Origin: Candidatus Omnitrophota bacterium
Lineage (GTDB): Bacteria > Omnitrophota > JACPQZ01
Length of the DNA: 64,000 bases
NCBI GenBank assembly: GCA_016190205.1
Contig: JACPQZ010000048.1
Coordinates: 13,943-77,942, forward strand
Reading direction: 5' to 3'
The stretch's first letter is position 1, and each line of letters opens with the position of its first letter. Under the pieces are notes generated by a model, which was not told the origin of the DNA, did not search any database, and saw only the letters and a list, made by a program, of their open reading frames with translations. This document shows positions 1 through 14,050 of this stretch, piece by piece. The translations under genes and the position numbers were made by a program.

Positions 1-619
1 AGGCATGCGGCGCCCTCAAATCGTCCCCGCGGGACTACAAAATGCGATCGAGGCCGTGTTTGACGGTCTGTCCGGATTTTTCAAGGGGATCTTGGGTGCC
101 GCCGGGGAGCGCTACACCGCCTTTCCGGTGACTCTTTTCCTATACATATGGGGGATGAACATCATCGGGCTCGTGCCCTTCATGAAGTCCTCCACGTCGG
201 TCGTGACCACCACGGCGGCGCTCGCGATCTGCGTCTTCCTTTATGTGCAGTCGATCGGCTTAAGCCGCCTGGGGCTTTTGGGCTACCTCGATCATATGGC
301 CGGCAACCCGCGCAATATCTTTCAGTTCTTGCTCGCCCCCCTCATGTTTGTGCTGCACGTGATCGGCGAATTGGCCAAACCCTTCAGTTTGGCGGCCCGG
401 CTTTTTGGGAATATTTCGGGCGAAGACATTATGATTGCCGTTTTTGTTGGATTCGGGGCGGCTTCTTTGAGTTTCCTCAAGGCCCCCATCGGGATCCCTT
501 TTCATTTCCCTTTTTTCTTCCTCGCCCTGCTTTTCAGTACCCTGCAGGCGCTCGTCTTTTCGCTTTTGTCAACCGTCTACATCGTACTCATGCTTCCGCA
601 TGAGGAGCATACTGAATGA
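1..619 (+). CDS. atpB: F0 ATP synthase subunit a (5' truncated by window edge)
   Basis: Hydrophobic ORF with KPFSLAARLFGN and LQALVFSLLSTVY motifs; first gene of the atp operon. Confidence 0.95.
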   Translation, partial: GMRRPQIVPAGLQNAIEAVFDGLSGFFKGILGAAGERYTAFPVTLFLYIWGMNIIGLVPFMKSSTSVVTTTAALAICVFLYVQSIGLSRLGLLGYLDHMAGNPRNIFQFLLAPLMFVLHVIGELAKPFSLAARLFGNISGEDIMIAVFVGFGAASLSFLKAPIGIPFHFPFFFLALLFSTLQALVFSLLSTVYIVLMLPHEEHTE

Positions 620-622
620 CTG

Positions 623-698
623 CGTCATTGCGAGCCCCGGAGGGGCGAAGCAATCTCATGAGATTGCTTCGATCGCCTTCGGCGATCTCGCAATGACG
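623..698. repeat. REP-like palindromic element (outer stem plus three inner hairpins)
   Basis: CGTCATTGCGAG 623-634 pairs with CTCGCAATGACG 687-698; inner GCCCC-GGA-GGGGC, perfect palindrome CGAAGCAATCTCATGAGATTGCTTCG 646-671, and GATCGCC-TTC-GGCGATC. Confidence 0.85.
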
Positions 699-716
699 GG
701 AAAATAGGAGGATGAG

Positions 717-950
717 ATGACGTATCAAACAGCATTAGCATTTGCACTGCCGATTGCGGTGGGGCTTGCGGCCATCGGTTCGGCCTTCGGACTGGGTAAG
801 GCGGTCACGGCTGCCATGGAGGCCACGGGCCGTCAGCCGGAGGCGGCGCAGAAGATCCTGGTCAACATGGTCGTGGGGTGCGCCCTTATCGAGGCGCTCA
901 CGATCTATGCGCTGGTCGTGGCGCTTCTCATGATGGGCAAGATCGCCTGA
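717..950 (+). CDS. atpE: F0 ATP synthase subunit c
   Basis: 77 aa hairpin with GRQPEA loop and conserved Glu (ALIEAL); SD GGAGG. Confidence 0.97.
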   Translation: MTYQTALAFALPIAVGLAAIGSAFGLGKAVTAAMEATGRQPEAAQKILVNMVVGCALIEALTIYALVVALLMMGKIA

Positions 951-968
951 TATTGATTCGGGTTTAAT

Positions 969-1457
969 ATGGATCCCTTAGTTCTACGCGAGATCGTCGT
1001 CCACGCCCTGGGGTTTATCCTTTTCTACCTCGTGCTCAAGCGCTATGCCTTTAAGCCGATCGGCCGCATTTTAGAAGAAAGGCGCAGCCGCATTGAAGGG
1101 GATCTGGGGTCCGCCCGGGAGAAACTGGGCGAGGCCGAGGCGCTCAAGACGCGCTATGAGAAGGAACTGGAGGGTATAGAGGCCGAGGCCAGGCGAAAGA
1201 TCCAGGAGGCCTTCAGCGAGGGCAGGCGCCTCGCGGCCGAGGTGCATGAGGAGGCCCGCTCACAGGCCCGCCAGATTATCGAAAAGGCGCGGCAGAACGT
1301 GGAGCTCGAGCTTGAAAAGGCGCGTATCCGCTTAAAGAACGAGGTCGTGACTTTAGCCGCTGACATGGCCGAGCGCGCGCTGCGCACCAAACTCACGGCC
1401 GAGGACCATGAGAGATTTGCCGTGGATTTCATCGAAGACGCCCGTGGAGAGGAGTGA
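969..1457 (+). CDS. atpF: F0 ATP synthase subunit b
   Basis: N-terminal TM helix, PIxxILEERR motif, long coiled coil, operon position. Confidence 0.95.
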   Translation: MDPLVLREIVVHALGFILFYLVLKRYAFKPIGRILEERRSRIEGDLGSAREKLGEAEALKTRYEKELEGIEAEARRKIQEAFSEGRRLAAEVHEEARSQARQIIEKARQNVELELEKARIRLKNEVVTLAADMAERALRTKLTAEDHERFAVDFIEDARGEE

Positions 1458-1466
1458 TATGAGGAT

Positions 1467-1508
1467 CGGGAAGCGGGAAGCGGGAAGCGGGAAGCGCAAG
1501 GCGGGAGG
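1467..1508. repeat. Heptamer tandem repeat (CGGGAAG)x4 plus 2 degenerate copies
   Basis: Read directly in the atpF-atpH spacer. Confidence 0.9.
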
Positions 1509-1514
1509 GCGCGG

Positions 1515-2060
1515 GTGAAAGACCTGCCGGTTATACGCCGTTATTCGGAGGCCCTGTACCAGCTCGCGCGGGATAGGAATGCGCTGGAGCGTCTGGGCGG
1601 GGATCTGGAGGAGCTTGCGGCGCTCTTCGCACAGGAAGAGGCCCTTTTTAAGTTTTTAACGAACCCCACCCTGGGCCGCGAGGAGCGAAGGCAGTGGTTC
1701 CGCAAAAATCTGGGGCCTCACTTGGCGCCGGTGACCCGGCGTTTTGTCGAGATCCTCGTTCTGAAAGGGCGCATGGATGCTTTTAGCGAGATCCACGAAG
1801 CCTTTTTAAAGCGCGTGCGGCTGGCCAAGGGCGAGATCGATGTGCGGGTCAAAAGCGCGGTCCCTCTGGCGAAGGGGCTTGTCAAAAAGCTCACGCAGGC
1901 GCTCGAGGAGCGCTTGAGGGGCACTGTGACGCTTGCCCTTGAGGTCGACCGGAGGCTCCTCGCGGGACTCGTGGTGGAATATGAAAATAAGGTGATTGAC
2001 GGTAGCGCGCGCAGTCGTCTTGAGGAGATGCGCAACCAATTGTTGACCGTGGAGGCCTGA
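1515..2060 (+). CDS. atpH: F1 ATP synthase subunit delta
   Basis: RRYSEALY N-terminus, [11 protein letters not shown]...IDGS C-terminus, operon position. Confidence 0.93.
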   Translation: MKDLPVIRRYSEALYQLARDRNALERLGGDLEELAALFAQEEALFKFLTNPTLGREERRQWFRKNLGPHLAPVTRRFVEILVLKGRMDAFSEIHEAFLKRVRLAKGEIDVRVKSAVPLAKGLVKKLTQALEERLRGTVTLALEVDRRLLAGLVVEYENKVIDGSARSRLEEMRNQLLTVEA

Positions 2061-3610
2061 TGCTTAAGCCTGACGAAGTGACGCAGACGATACGCAAGGA
2101 GCTCGAGGCCTACGACACGCGGCTGGAAACCGAATCGGTGGGATATGTCCTCCAGGCGGGCGACGGAATCGCCCGGGTCTGGGGGCTGGATGACTGCATG
2201 GCGGGGGAGCTCGTGGAGTTTTCCGACGGCACGGTCGGCATGGCGTTTAATCTGGAGGAGACGAATGTGGGCGTGGTGGTCCTGGGTTCGGACCAGGCCA
2301 TTCATGAGGGCGACCGCGTCAAGCGCACGGGGCGCGTGGCCGAGGTCCCCACGGGCGAGGCCCTGCTGGGCCGGGTGGTGGATCCCTTGGGAAGGCCCAT
2401 GGACGGAAAGGGTCCCATCCCCGCCAAGGCGAGGCGTCCCATCGAGGCTTATCCTCCCAATGTCATCCAGCGCCAGCCGGTCAAGGAGCCCTTGCAGACG
2501 GGTATCAAGGCCATTGACTCCATGATCCCCATAGGCCGCGGCCAGCGCGAGCTCATCATCGGCGACCGGCAGACGGGAAAGACGGCCATCGCCGTAGATA
2601 CGATCATCAATCAAAAAAATTTCGACGTGCACTGTGTCTATGTCGCGGTCGGACAGAAGCTCTCGAGCATCGTGGCTGTTCAGCGCACGCTTGAAAAGTA
2701 CGGCGCCATGGAGCACACTACGATCGTAGCCGCCTCGTCGGAGTCTCCGGCCCCGCTTCAATATCTCGCCCCCTATGCAGGCTGCGCGATGGCGGAGCAC
2801 TTCCTTTATAATGGAAAGCACGCCCTGGTGGTCTACGACGACCTCTCCAAGCACGCCCAAAGCTACCGCCAGCTCTCGCTCCTTCTGCGCCGCCCGCCGG
2901 GCCGCGAGGCCTACCCGGGCGATGTCTTTTACCTTCACTCCCGGCTCCTCGAGCGCGCCGCGAAACTGCGCGAAGATTTGAAAGGGGGATCGCTCACCGC
3001 CTTACCCATCATTGAGACCCAGGCGGGCGATATTTCAAGTTACATCCCGACAAACGTGATCAGTATCACCGATGGGCAGATCTATCTGGAGACCGACCTT
3101 TTCTACGCGGGCGTCCGCCCGGCCATCAATGTAGGACTCTCCGTCTCACGGGTGGGCGGGAACGCCCAGACCAAGGTTATGAAGCAGGTGGCAGGGAAGC
3201 TCCGTCTCGACCTCGCGCAGTACCGCGAGATGGCGGCCTTCGCACAGTTTTCGGCGTCACTCGATGACGCCACCAAGGCACAGCTCGTGCGGGGCGAGCA
3301 CATGGTCGAGATCTTGAAGCAGGGCCAATATCAGCCGATCCCCCTGGCCCAGCAGGTGCTCGTGATCGCTGTGGGGACTGCGGGTCTTTTGGATGACCTT
3401 GCGGCCGAGTCGGTGAAAACTTTTGAAGAGGGGTTCGTTCAGTTTGTCGATCAAAAATACCCCGACATCATGCATGAAATCGACAAGAAAAAGGCGATGT
3501 CGGACGAGCTTAGGGATAAGATCCTGAAAGCGGGCGGGGAGTTTAAGAATTCAAACGCAGTACGCAGTACGCTGTACGCAGTACGTGGAAAGCTACCTGG
3601 TGATTTATGA
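2060..3610 (+). CDS. atpA: F1 ATP synthase subunit alpha
   Basis: GDRQTGKT Walker [21 protein letters not shown]. Confidence 0.99.
   Translation: MLKPDEVTQTIRKELEAYDTRLETESVGYVLQAGDGIARVWGLDDCMAGELVEFSDGTVGMAFNLEETNVGVVVLGSDQAIHEGDRVKRTGRVAEVPTGEALLGRVVDPLGRPMDGKGPIPAKARRPIEAYPPNVIQRQPVKEPLQTGIKAIDSMIPIGRGQRELIIGDRQTGKTAIAVDTIINQKNFDVHCVYVAVGQKLSSIVAVQRTLEKYGAMEHTTIVAASSESPAPLQYLAPYAGCAMAEHFLYNGKHALVVYDDLSKHAQSYRQLSLLLRRPPGREAYPGDVFYLHSRLLERAAKLREDLKGGSLTALPIIETQAGDISSYIPTNVISITDGQIYLETDLFYAGVRPAINVGLSVSRVGGNAQTKVMKQVAGKLRLDLAQYREMAAFAQFSASLDDATKAQLVRGEHMVEILKQGQYQPIPLAQQVLVIAVGTAGLLDDLAAESVKTFEEGFVQFVDQKYPDIMHEIDKKKAMSDELRDKILKAGGEFKNSNAVRSTLYAVRGKLPGDL
3555..3585. repeat. Heptamer tandem repeat (ACGCAGT)x4 inside the atpA 3' end
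   Basis: acgcagt acgcagt acgctgt acgcagt acg; encodes part of the tail [11 protein letters not shown]. Confidence 0.9.
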
Positions 3611-4464
3611 ATCTGCGTGACGTCCGAAGGCGCTTGAAAAGCGTCGAAAATACCCGCAAGATCACACGCGCCATGGAGATGGTGGCAGGGGCCAAGCTCA
3701 AGCAGCTTGAGTCCGCCTTAAGCCGCGCGCGCCCGTATATTGAGGGTCTCCAAAGCCTCTTGTCGCGGCTTTTGGCGGAATACCCGGGGCAGCACCATTC
3801 CTTGTTTGAGAAGCGAGAGGGGACCGGCCATACCGGACTTATCCTTATTACGTCCGATACGGGGCTGTGCGGTTCTTATAACTCGGATCTCGTCGCCGAG
3901 GCCGAGCGCTGGTTTGAAACAAAACCGGCGGATAAGGCGGAGCTTTTAACAGTGGGGCTTTTCGGACACAACTACTGCCTGGCGCGGGGCCTTAAGCCCC
4001 ACGCCTCATTTACGGATTTTAAATCTCGCGCGGATCAGGGGGCGGTGCAAAGACTCCTTGAATCGGTCGTGGGGCTTTTCACGGGCGGGGGCGCGGTGAG
4101 TATCGAAGTCATATCCTGTTATTTCCGTTCCGCGGCCTCCTGGGGCCCCCGGAGGATGCGTCTTCTCCCGCTCGAGGTGGGACGGGATGCCAAACCCAAC
4201 CCTTACCCCACGCTCCTTGAGCCCGGCGCGAAGGAGGTCTTCGAGGCCCTGGTGCCGCGTGTCCTGGAGGGGGTATTAAGACAAGCCCTGCTCGAGGCCT
4301 TTAGCGCGGAGCAGTCGGCCCGCATGATGGCGATGCGCAATGCCACCGACAATGCCGACGACATGGTCAAAGAGCTCACCTTGACGCGCAACAAGGTCCG
4401 CCAGGCGCAGATTACGAAAGAAATTATCGAAGTCGTTTCAGGAGCGGAGGGGCTGAAGAGTTGA
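3607..4464 (+). CDS. atpG: F1 ATP synthase subunit gamma
   Basis: [37 protein letters not shown]. Confidence 0.98.
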   Translation: MNLRDVRRRLKSVENTRKITRAMEMVAGAKLKQLESALSRARPYIEGLQSLLSRLLAEYPGQHHSLFEKREGTGHTGLILITSDTGLCGSYNSDLVAEAERWFETKPADKAELLTVGLFGHNYCLARGLKPHASFTDFKSRADQGAVQRLLESVVGLFTGGGAVSIEVISCYFRSAASWGPRRMRLLPLEVGRDAKPNPYPTLLEPGAKEVFEALVPRVLEGVLRQALLEAFSAEQSARMMAMRNATDNADDMVKELTLTRNKVRQAQITKEIIEVVSGAEGLKS

Positions 4465-4488
4465 GACCGCACTGCCCCCGGGGCCGGC

Positions 4489-6474
<1,986 letters not shown>

Positions 6475-6488
6475 GGGGGAACAGCCCA

Positions 6489-6755
6489 ATGGCCTCGTAC
6501 GTTTTAAAAATCCTAAACCGGGACCGCGCTTATTATGAGGGCGAGGTCGCGTCTACGGTCTTGCCGGGGGGTAAAGGCTCCTTCGGAGTGCTGGCCCGCC
6601 ATGCCCCGCTCGTCTCCACCCTGGAGGCGGGTCTCTGCAAGGCCAGAGATTCGGCCGGGACGCTTCACACCTGGCGCATCGGGCCGGGTCTCGTGGAAAC
6701 CGCCTTAAACCGCACGACACTTTTTCTGGATGACCCCCCACAGCTTGCCGAATAG
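6489..6755 (+). CDS. atpC: F1 ATP synthase subunit epsilon (short; N-terminal beta-sandwich only)
   Basis: PGGKGSFGVLARHAPLVSTL motif; 88 aa. Confidence 0.88.
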   Translation: MASYVLKILNRDRAYYEGEVASTVLPGGKGSFGVLARHAPLVSTLEAGLCKARDSAGTLHTWRIGPGLVETALNRTTLFLDDPPQLAE

Positions 6756-7442
6756 CGCGGCCGCGGGGAGGTTGTTTATCGTCAGCACCCCCATCGGAAA
6801 TCTGGACGACATCACCCTGCGGGCACTCAAGGTTTTAAAGTCGGTGGATTTGATCGCCTGCGAGGATACCCGCGAGACGCGAAAACTCACCGCCCATTTT
6901 GGAATAGATCGTCCGCTTACCAGTTTTTTTGTCGGCAATGAAAAGGGGAAGGCTCCCCGGCTCGTAGAGAGGCTTAAAGAGGGCCAGTCCATTGCCCTCG
7001 TCACGGAGAGCGGCACCCCGGGGTTAAGCGACCCCGGCTACTCCATTGTCCACGGCGCGCTCGAGGCGGGCATCACGGTGGAGGCGGTCCCCGGGCCTTC
7101 GGCGCTCCTCGCCGCCCTTGTTTCGTCCGGCGCTCCGATGGAGGAATTTATCTTCTTCGGGTTCCTTCCTCCCAAAGGGAAAAAGCGGGAGGATCGTATG
7201 CAAGAGGCGCTGGGCTGTGGCCGGACTGCCGTTCTTTACGAGTCATGTCATCGCTTTTTGAGGCTCCTCAAGGAGCTTTTGGAGTTGGGCGGCAATCGGT
7301 TTATAATGGTGTGCCGTGAGCTCACCAAACATTTTGAAGAGGTGCGGCGCGCACCCGTCGAAGATCATATCCGCCATTTTGAGGAGCACGAGCCCCGGGG
7401 TGAATTCGTGATCGTGATACCCAAGCCCGGAAAGGATACCGC

Positions 7443-7446
<4 letters not shown>
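6730..7446 (+). CDS. rsmI: 16S rRNA (cytidine1402-2'-O)-methyltransferase
   Basis: STPIGNLDDITLRA, CEDTR, GTPGLSDPG, RELTKHFEE. Confidence 0.95.
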
Positions 7447-9681
<2,235 letters not shown>

Positions 9682-9716
9682 ACGAATTTCGGGAGGTTTA
9701 AGAGAGGAGATTGCCC

Positions 9717-10607
9717 ATGGATACGTATATAGTTCAAATGATTGTGCTCGCTGCGTTGGTCATATTATTTATGGGCATCCGAATTGTGCGGCCGACCCAT
9801 CGGGGCCTCGTAGAGCGCCTGGGGAGGTACCACCATTTTGCCGAGCCCGGATTTCATTGGATCATCCCTGTGATAGACCGGATGTTTACGGAGAATATCA
9901 CGGAGCAGATGGTCGATGCCATGCCCCAGGAGATCATTACCTTTGACAACCTCAACGCGAGTGTGGATGCCCAAGTGTATTTCAAGGTGAAGCCGGACGA
10001 AGAAAGTGTAAAGAACTCACTCTACAACGTGAACAGCGTCCAGTACCAGATCGTGAACCTTGCCCGTACCACATTAAGAAATATTATTGGAACGCTGACT
10101 TTAAAATCGGCCAATAGCGAGCGCGGCAAAATCAACGACGAGCTCCATAAGATCCTGATCAAAGAAACGGCCAAGTGGGGCATCGAGATTGTCCGGACAG
10201 AGCTTAAGCAAATAGATCCCCCGAAAGATGTTCAGGAGACCATGAACAAGGTCGTGAAGGCCGAGAATGAAAAAATCTCGGCCATTGATTATGCGACCGC
10301 GGCGGAGACGGTAGCAGATGGGAAAAAACGGGCGGAGATCAAGCAGGCGGAGGGGATCAAGCAGGCGCGGATACTGCAGGCGGAAGGGGAGGCCGAGGCC
10401 ATCCGCCTCGTGAACGAGGCCGCAAATAAATATTTTATCGGCAATGCCCAAATCTTGAGAAAGCTCCAGGCAGTTGAAAACGCCCTGGAGGATAACACGA
10501 AGATCGTCGTCCCCTCCAACACAGAGCTCGTAAACGTCATCGGTGAAATGGCGGGCGTTCTCCCGCTCAAAGATGGGAGGAAACACGAGGGGGCCGCCGC
10601 ATCGTAG
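9717..10607 (+). CDS. SPFH/Band 7 (stomatin/QmcA-like) membrane protein
   Basis: N-terminal TM, VERLGRY, QEIITFDN, LRNIIG, AE-rich coiled coil. Confidence 0.92.
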   Translation: MDTYIVQMIVLAALVILFMGIRIVRPTHRGLVERLGRYHHFAEPGFHWIIPVIDRMFTENITEQMVDAMPQEIITFDNLNASVDAQVYFKVKPDEESVKNSLYNVNSVQYQIVNLARTTLRNIIGTLTLKSANSERGKINDELHKILIKETAKWGIEIVRTELKQIDPPKDVQETMNKVVKAENEKISAIDYATAAETVADGKKRAEIKQAEGIKQARILQAEGEAEAIRLVNEAANKYFIGNAQILRKLQAVENALEDNTKIVVPSNTELVNVIGEMAGVLPLKDGRKHEGAAAS

Positions 10608-10709
10608 GTTCCGGTGACGCAAACGTGAAGGAGGTTTTGTCACCAGCAAAGGGCGAGCATGGCACACGTGTACCACATGGCACACGTGTACCAGGTACCG
10701 TCAATATAG

Positions 10710-10781
10710 ATGAACAAAGGGACAATGGTTTCTTTAATCATTTTGTTGGCCGGATGTGCGGCGTTCAGGCGTAGGATGTAG
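10710..10781 (+). pseudogene. Truncated lipoprotein gene remnant (signal peptide only)
   Basis: MNKGTMVSLIILLAGCAAFRRRM*; lipobox LAGC followed almost at once by a stop. Confidence 0.4.
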
Positions 10782-10784
10782 TGC

Positions 10785-10813
10785 TTGACAGTACCACTTA
10801 AAAGTGGTAATAT
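10785..10813 (+). promoter_or_regulatory. Sigma70 promoter of hicAB with overlapping palindromic operator
   Basis: TTGACA 10785-10790, 17-nt spacer, TAATAT 10808-10813; TACCACTT-AA-AAGTGGTA 10792-10809. Confidence 0.85.
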
Positions 10814-10819
10814 CTAGGC

Positions 10820-11002
10820 GTGCCGAAAAGCGGTTTTGAGGTACTTAAGCTTTATCGTCAGGCGGGCTGGGTGGTGGTCAGACAACGAGGCTCCCATGTT
10901 AGGGTTAAGAAGGGCCCGCACTTTGAAACAATACCGATGCACCGGGAACTCAAGAAGGGTCTTGAAAGGGCTCTCCTGAAAAGACTAGAGGAAACCACGT
11001 GA
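10820..11002 (+). CDS. hicA: HicA family mRNA interferase toxin
   Basis: 60 aa, basic, RQRGSH catalytic motif, IPMHRELKKG. Confidence 0.92.
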   Translation: MPKSGFEVLKLYRQAGWVVVRQRGSHVRVKKGPHFETIPMHRELKKGLERALLKRLEETT

Positions 11003-11427
11003 TATATTATTTCAAGGTCCGCAAGGCCGAGAAGGGCTATTGGGGAAATTTTCCTGATCTGGAAGGATCTACGACGCAAGGGGAAACCCTTGAGGAGATC
11101 TTGTCAAACGCCAGGGAAGTGCTGGACCTTGTTTTGGAAACCGACTTTGATTATAAATGCGAAATCCCTCTTCCCAAAAAGTACCACGGCAAAAGCTACC
11201 ACCCCGTCGCGTGCGATCCTACGATAGGTTTTCCCGTGCTCCTTAGAAAAACGCGTCTTGCAAGAAAATGGACACAGAAAGATATGGCCAAAAAACTCGG
11301 GGTGTCTCTATCCGCCTATCAAAGGCTCGAGACCCCCGGGAAGGCAAATCCTACAATAAAAACGTTAGATCGTTTAAACGAGCTCATGCACTTGCCGTTA
11401 TCCTTCCTCTTCGACCAAGCTGCGTAA
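10999..11427 (+). CDS. hicB: HicB family antitoxin with C-terminal XRE HTH
   Basis: FPDLEGSTTQGETLEE; WTQKDMAKKLGVSLSAYQRLE HTH; overlaps hicA. Confidence 0.92.
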   Translation: MIYYFKVRKAEKGYWGNFPDLEGSTTQGETLEEILSNAREVLDLVLETDFDYKCEIPLPKKYHGKSYHPVACDPTIGFPVLLRKTRLARKWTQKDMAKKLGVSLSAYQRLETPGKANPTIKTLDRLNELMHLPLSFLFDQAA

Positions 11428-11448
11428 GTAAGAAGATCATACTCGTTG
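11399..11448 (+). repeat. 50-bp direct repeat, copy 1 (hicB 3' end)
   Basis: 42/50 identical to 14051-14100 by manual alignment. Confidence 0.85.
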
Positions 11449-11522
11449 TTTTTCAGTTTTGTGTTACTTCACATATAGGAGGCATTGGTTATGAGAAATC
11501 TCATGGACAAGGGAGGTTGCAT

Positions 11523-11747
11523 ATGATGGTACGCTGGCTTATTGTTGGGGGTCTTGTAGTCATGATTGGGCTGGCCGGGACCGCGGAGGCCAAGACCGTG
11601 CGCGTCAAAGGCGGTATGACCAAGAGCGGCACCTATCGGATGCCCTCAAACCGCACCAGTCCTAACCGTTCGAAACTTGACAATTGGAGCACGAAGGGGA
11701 ACGTCAACCCGATGACGGGTAAAAAGGGAACTCGTAACCCCTGGTAG
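11523..11747 (+). CDS. Small secreted basic protein
   Basis: SD GGGAGG; signal peptide ending AEA; SGTY...RTSPN...DNWSTKGNVNPMTGKKG. Confidence 0.75.
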   Translation: MMVRWLIVGGLVVMIGLAGTAEAKTVRVKGGMTKSGTYRMPSNRTSPNRSKLDNWSTKGNVNPMTGKKGTRNPW

Positions 11748-11865
11748 CCCTGGCTATCGAGCAGCACGGGTTGCACTACATCTGTGGTTGCTACCTGCTC
11801 CAGTGGCGTCGGCTTCGCGAAGAGAATCGGACACGGCTGTGTAAAACTTCTATGAACACAAAGTT

Positions 11866-12414
11866 ATGCTAAATCCAGAGAGAGACCCAATTGTAAATGT
11901 AGTACATGATGGAATAAAAGAGGGTATACGCGTTACTCTAGACAATAAATGTTATCCCTCCACAATTAAATTAGTTCTTTCTGCTATCGATACAATGGCT
12001 TATTTAAAAATGCCAAAGGACAAGGTAGATGTTGAAGCACGCGATTTTGTGGAATGGGTGGACAAATACATCCAGTTTCCTTGTAAAGAGCGTCTAACGG
12101 GTTTGGATTTATATGGGGCTAGATGTGGGATGTTACATAGCCACAAAGCTATTTCGAAAGCGAGCAGGAAAGGCAAATGTCGTATAATTGGATACATGGA
12201 CCACTCAGTTTCTGAGATTAGATGCAACAGAAACGTTGATGCCAACTTTGTTCTTGTCTCCGTAAAAGCACTTGTTGAGGCATTTTTCACAGGGATAGAC
12301 CGGTCTTTAGTTGATATCTATTCCAACAAAAAGAAAGGTGATATTGCAAACGAGCGGTTTAAGGAGATGGTTCACTCATTACCATACAAAACAAGTAAGT
12401 TTACTACCTGCTGA
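11866..12414 (+). CDS. Hypothetical protein (low GC; possible HEPN-like RxxxxH motif RCGMLH)
   Basis: 182 aa ORF with AT-rich composition; LYGARCGMLH. Confidence 0.65.
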   Translation: MLNPERDPIVNVVHDGIKEGIRVTLDNKCYPSTIKLVLSAIDTMAYLKMPKDKVDVEARDFVEWVDKYIQFPCKERLTGLDLYGARCGMLHSHKAISKASRKGKCRIIGYMDHSVSEIRCNRNVDANFVLVSVKALVEAFFTGIDRSLVDIYSNKKKGDIANERFKEMVHSLPYKTSKFTTC

Positions 12415-12572
12415 AGTTTTTAATGAACTGCTGCACCAACAACGTATATATACCCTGTTCAAAAAGTGCCAGCTTCGCCAAGTAGACCTGGCGTGCACCT
12501 GCCTGATAGCATAAAGAATAAACTATGTATAATAGTATGTACAATAATACGTAAAAGTGGTATACTTTTAAC

Positions 12573-12860
12573 GTGGAGAGACGAGTTGGGAGCTTCGTGT
12601 GGAATGTTCGTAAGGAAGAGGCAAACATTCTCAAACATGGGGTGGATTTTGTCACGGCGTCCCGGGTTTTTCAGGATCCTCGCGCGGTGGTGGCCAAAGA
12701 TGCCAAGCATAGTGTCAAGGAAGAGCGGTACTTTTGTATTGGGGAGGTGGGCGGCAGGATTATAACGGTGCGGTTTACCTATCGCGCTCGGTGCATTCGC
12801 ATTTATGGGGCTGGTTTCTGGCGGAAGGGGGAAAGGTTATATGAGAACGAAAACCGTTGA
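12573..12860 (+). CDS. BrnT family toxin
   Basis: FVWNVRKEEANILKHGVDF...HSVKEERYFCIG...IRIYGAG. Confidence 0.9.
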   Translation: MERRVGSFVWNVRKEEANILKHGVDFVTASRVFQDPRAVVAKDAKHSVKEERYFCIGEVGGRIITVRFTYRARCIRIYGAGFWRKGERLYENENR

Positions 12861-13080
12861 TCCCAATATGCCCGTAGGAAAGTTAACCAAAATCAAGAAT
12901 TTTCTGCCTCCGCCCGACAAGTTGATCTTCCCGGACGAGCCGGTTAAAGTGACCATGTCTTTAAGCCGGTCCAGCGTCGAGTTTTTCAAATCGCAGGCCA
13001 AACGGAACCGCACCAAATACCAAAAAATGATCCGGGCCCTCTTGGATCTTTATGTACAGCAGCACCTAGCGAGAAGATAG
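12841..13080 (+). CDS. BrnA/CopG (RHH) family antitoxin
   Basis: FLPPPDKL...VTMSLSRSSVEFFK...KYQKMIRALL; overlaps the toxin gene. Confidence 0.88.
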   Translation: MRTKTVDPNMPVGKLTKIKNFLPPPDKLIFPDEPVKVTMSLSRSSVEFFKSQAKRNRTKYQKMIRALLDLYVQQHLARR

Positions 13081-13192
13081 CGTACTTACCTCTCTATACA
13101 CTCTGCTCTCATAGCGTTATCTTCTGAAAGCGGTTGTGACACGCTTACACGCCAAACTGTAGCCCAATATTTTCACACCGGAGGCCATTGTA

Positions 13193-13593
13193 ATGAAGAA
13201 TGTTATATTTCTAGCTCTAGTATTGTTTTCTCTCAACTTATCCTTGCGGCCTGCCGAATCGGCTGAAGTCGTCACCTTGTGGCGTGGACCTATGATAACC
13301 AGTTCAACAAGATTTATGTCGATGGCGCCCTCGTATTAAACGAGCCCTACACGATACCGTGGACAGGTAACAACCTGGATTTTCAGATCGGCCAGCATCA
13401 ACAGCTCCCTTCCAGCGCCAATTTACGCGGTTTACTGGACGAGGTGCGCGTCTATAGCGGCGCCCAGACGCAGGAAGAGGTTATAGCCGACATGAACCGG
13501 TCTATTTCAGACCAGCTCGTCCCGGAGCCTGCCACCGCGCTTCTTTTCGGAATGGGTCTCGCCGGCTGGGCGGCATTGCGTCGAAGGAAGTAG
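13193..13593 (+). pseudogene. PEP-CTERM / LamG-like protein with internal deletion and frameshift
   Basis: SD plus signal peptide at 13193 (MKNVIFLALVLFSL...AESA) is out of frame with the LamG-like tail (IYVDG...GLLDEVRVY) and VPEPATALLFGMGLAGWAALRRRK. Confidence 0.8.
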
Positions 13594-13649
13594 GGGGAAG
13601 CCTAGGTACTGTTTGTATATACTTTTGTATTATGTTATGATAGATACTG

Positions 13650-13773
13650 ATGAAAGGATTTCGCTGGAGTCTGCTCAAGAGTGAGAGGCTAAAAAGGACG
13701 CAATGAAATTTTTCTGAAAACTCTGTTTCCAAGCAGGAAGTTCACAAAGTTGTATCGGACTGGGAATCTCTGA
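13650..13773 (+). pseudogene. BrnT-like toxin remnant (central deletion)
   Basis: MKGFRWSLLKSERLKRT is joined out of frame to IFLKTLFPSRKFTKLY; lies directly upstream of an antitoxin. Confidence 0.7.
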
Positions 13774-14024
13774 TGAGACCATTGAAGCCGAGTCGTTACG
13801 AAAGAGGAATTGAAACGGCGCTGGTGAAGGGTGAGTATATTAACGTGAGCCCTGCAAAATTTCACGCCATTGCCCGGGCGGTTCAGGCGCGCAGAAAAGA
13901 TGCCGTTCTCAATATCCGCGTCAATAGCGCGGATTTAAAAAGCATCAAGATGAAAGCCAGGCGCTTGGGGATTAAGTATCAAAGCTTCATATCGGAGCTT
14001 CTGCACCGAGTGGCGCACAGCTAG
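13773..14024 (+). CDS. CopG/RHH-type antitoxin (orphaned)
   Basis: KDAVLNIRVNSADLKSIKMKARRLGIKYQSFISELLH. Confidence 0.85.
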   Translation: MRPLKPSRYERGIETALVKGEYINVSPAKFHAIARAVQARRKDAVLNIRVNSADLKSIKMKARRLGIKYQSFISELLHRVAHS

Positions 14025-14050
14025 CTGCTTGTGAGAGCGGCGTGAACCTC

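Noticed and set aside
1718-2938. Long antisense ORFs (also 25179-26414, 34936-36108, 55810-56721, 57373-58335)
   Set aside because: Shadows of well-conserved + strand genes in GC-rich DNA; no motifs
11832-12467. IS-end-like sequences (GGCTGTGTAAAACT; ACCCTGTTCAAAAAG) around the orphan ORF; integron attC sites
   Set aside because: Not mutually inverted, no transposase, no convincing attC structure
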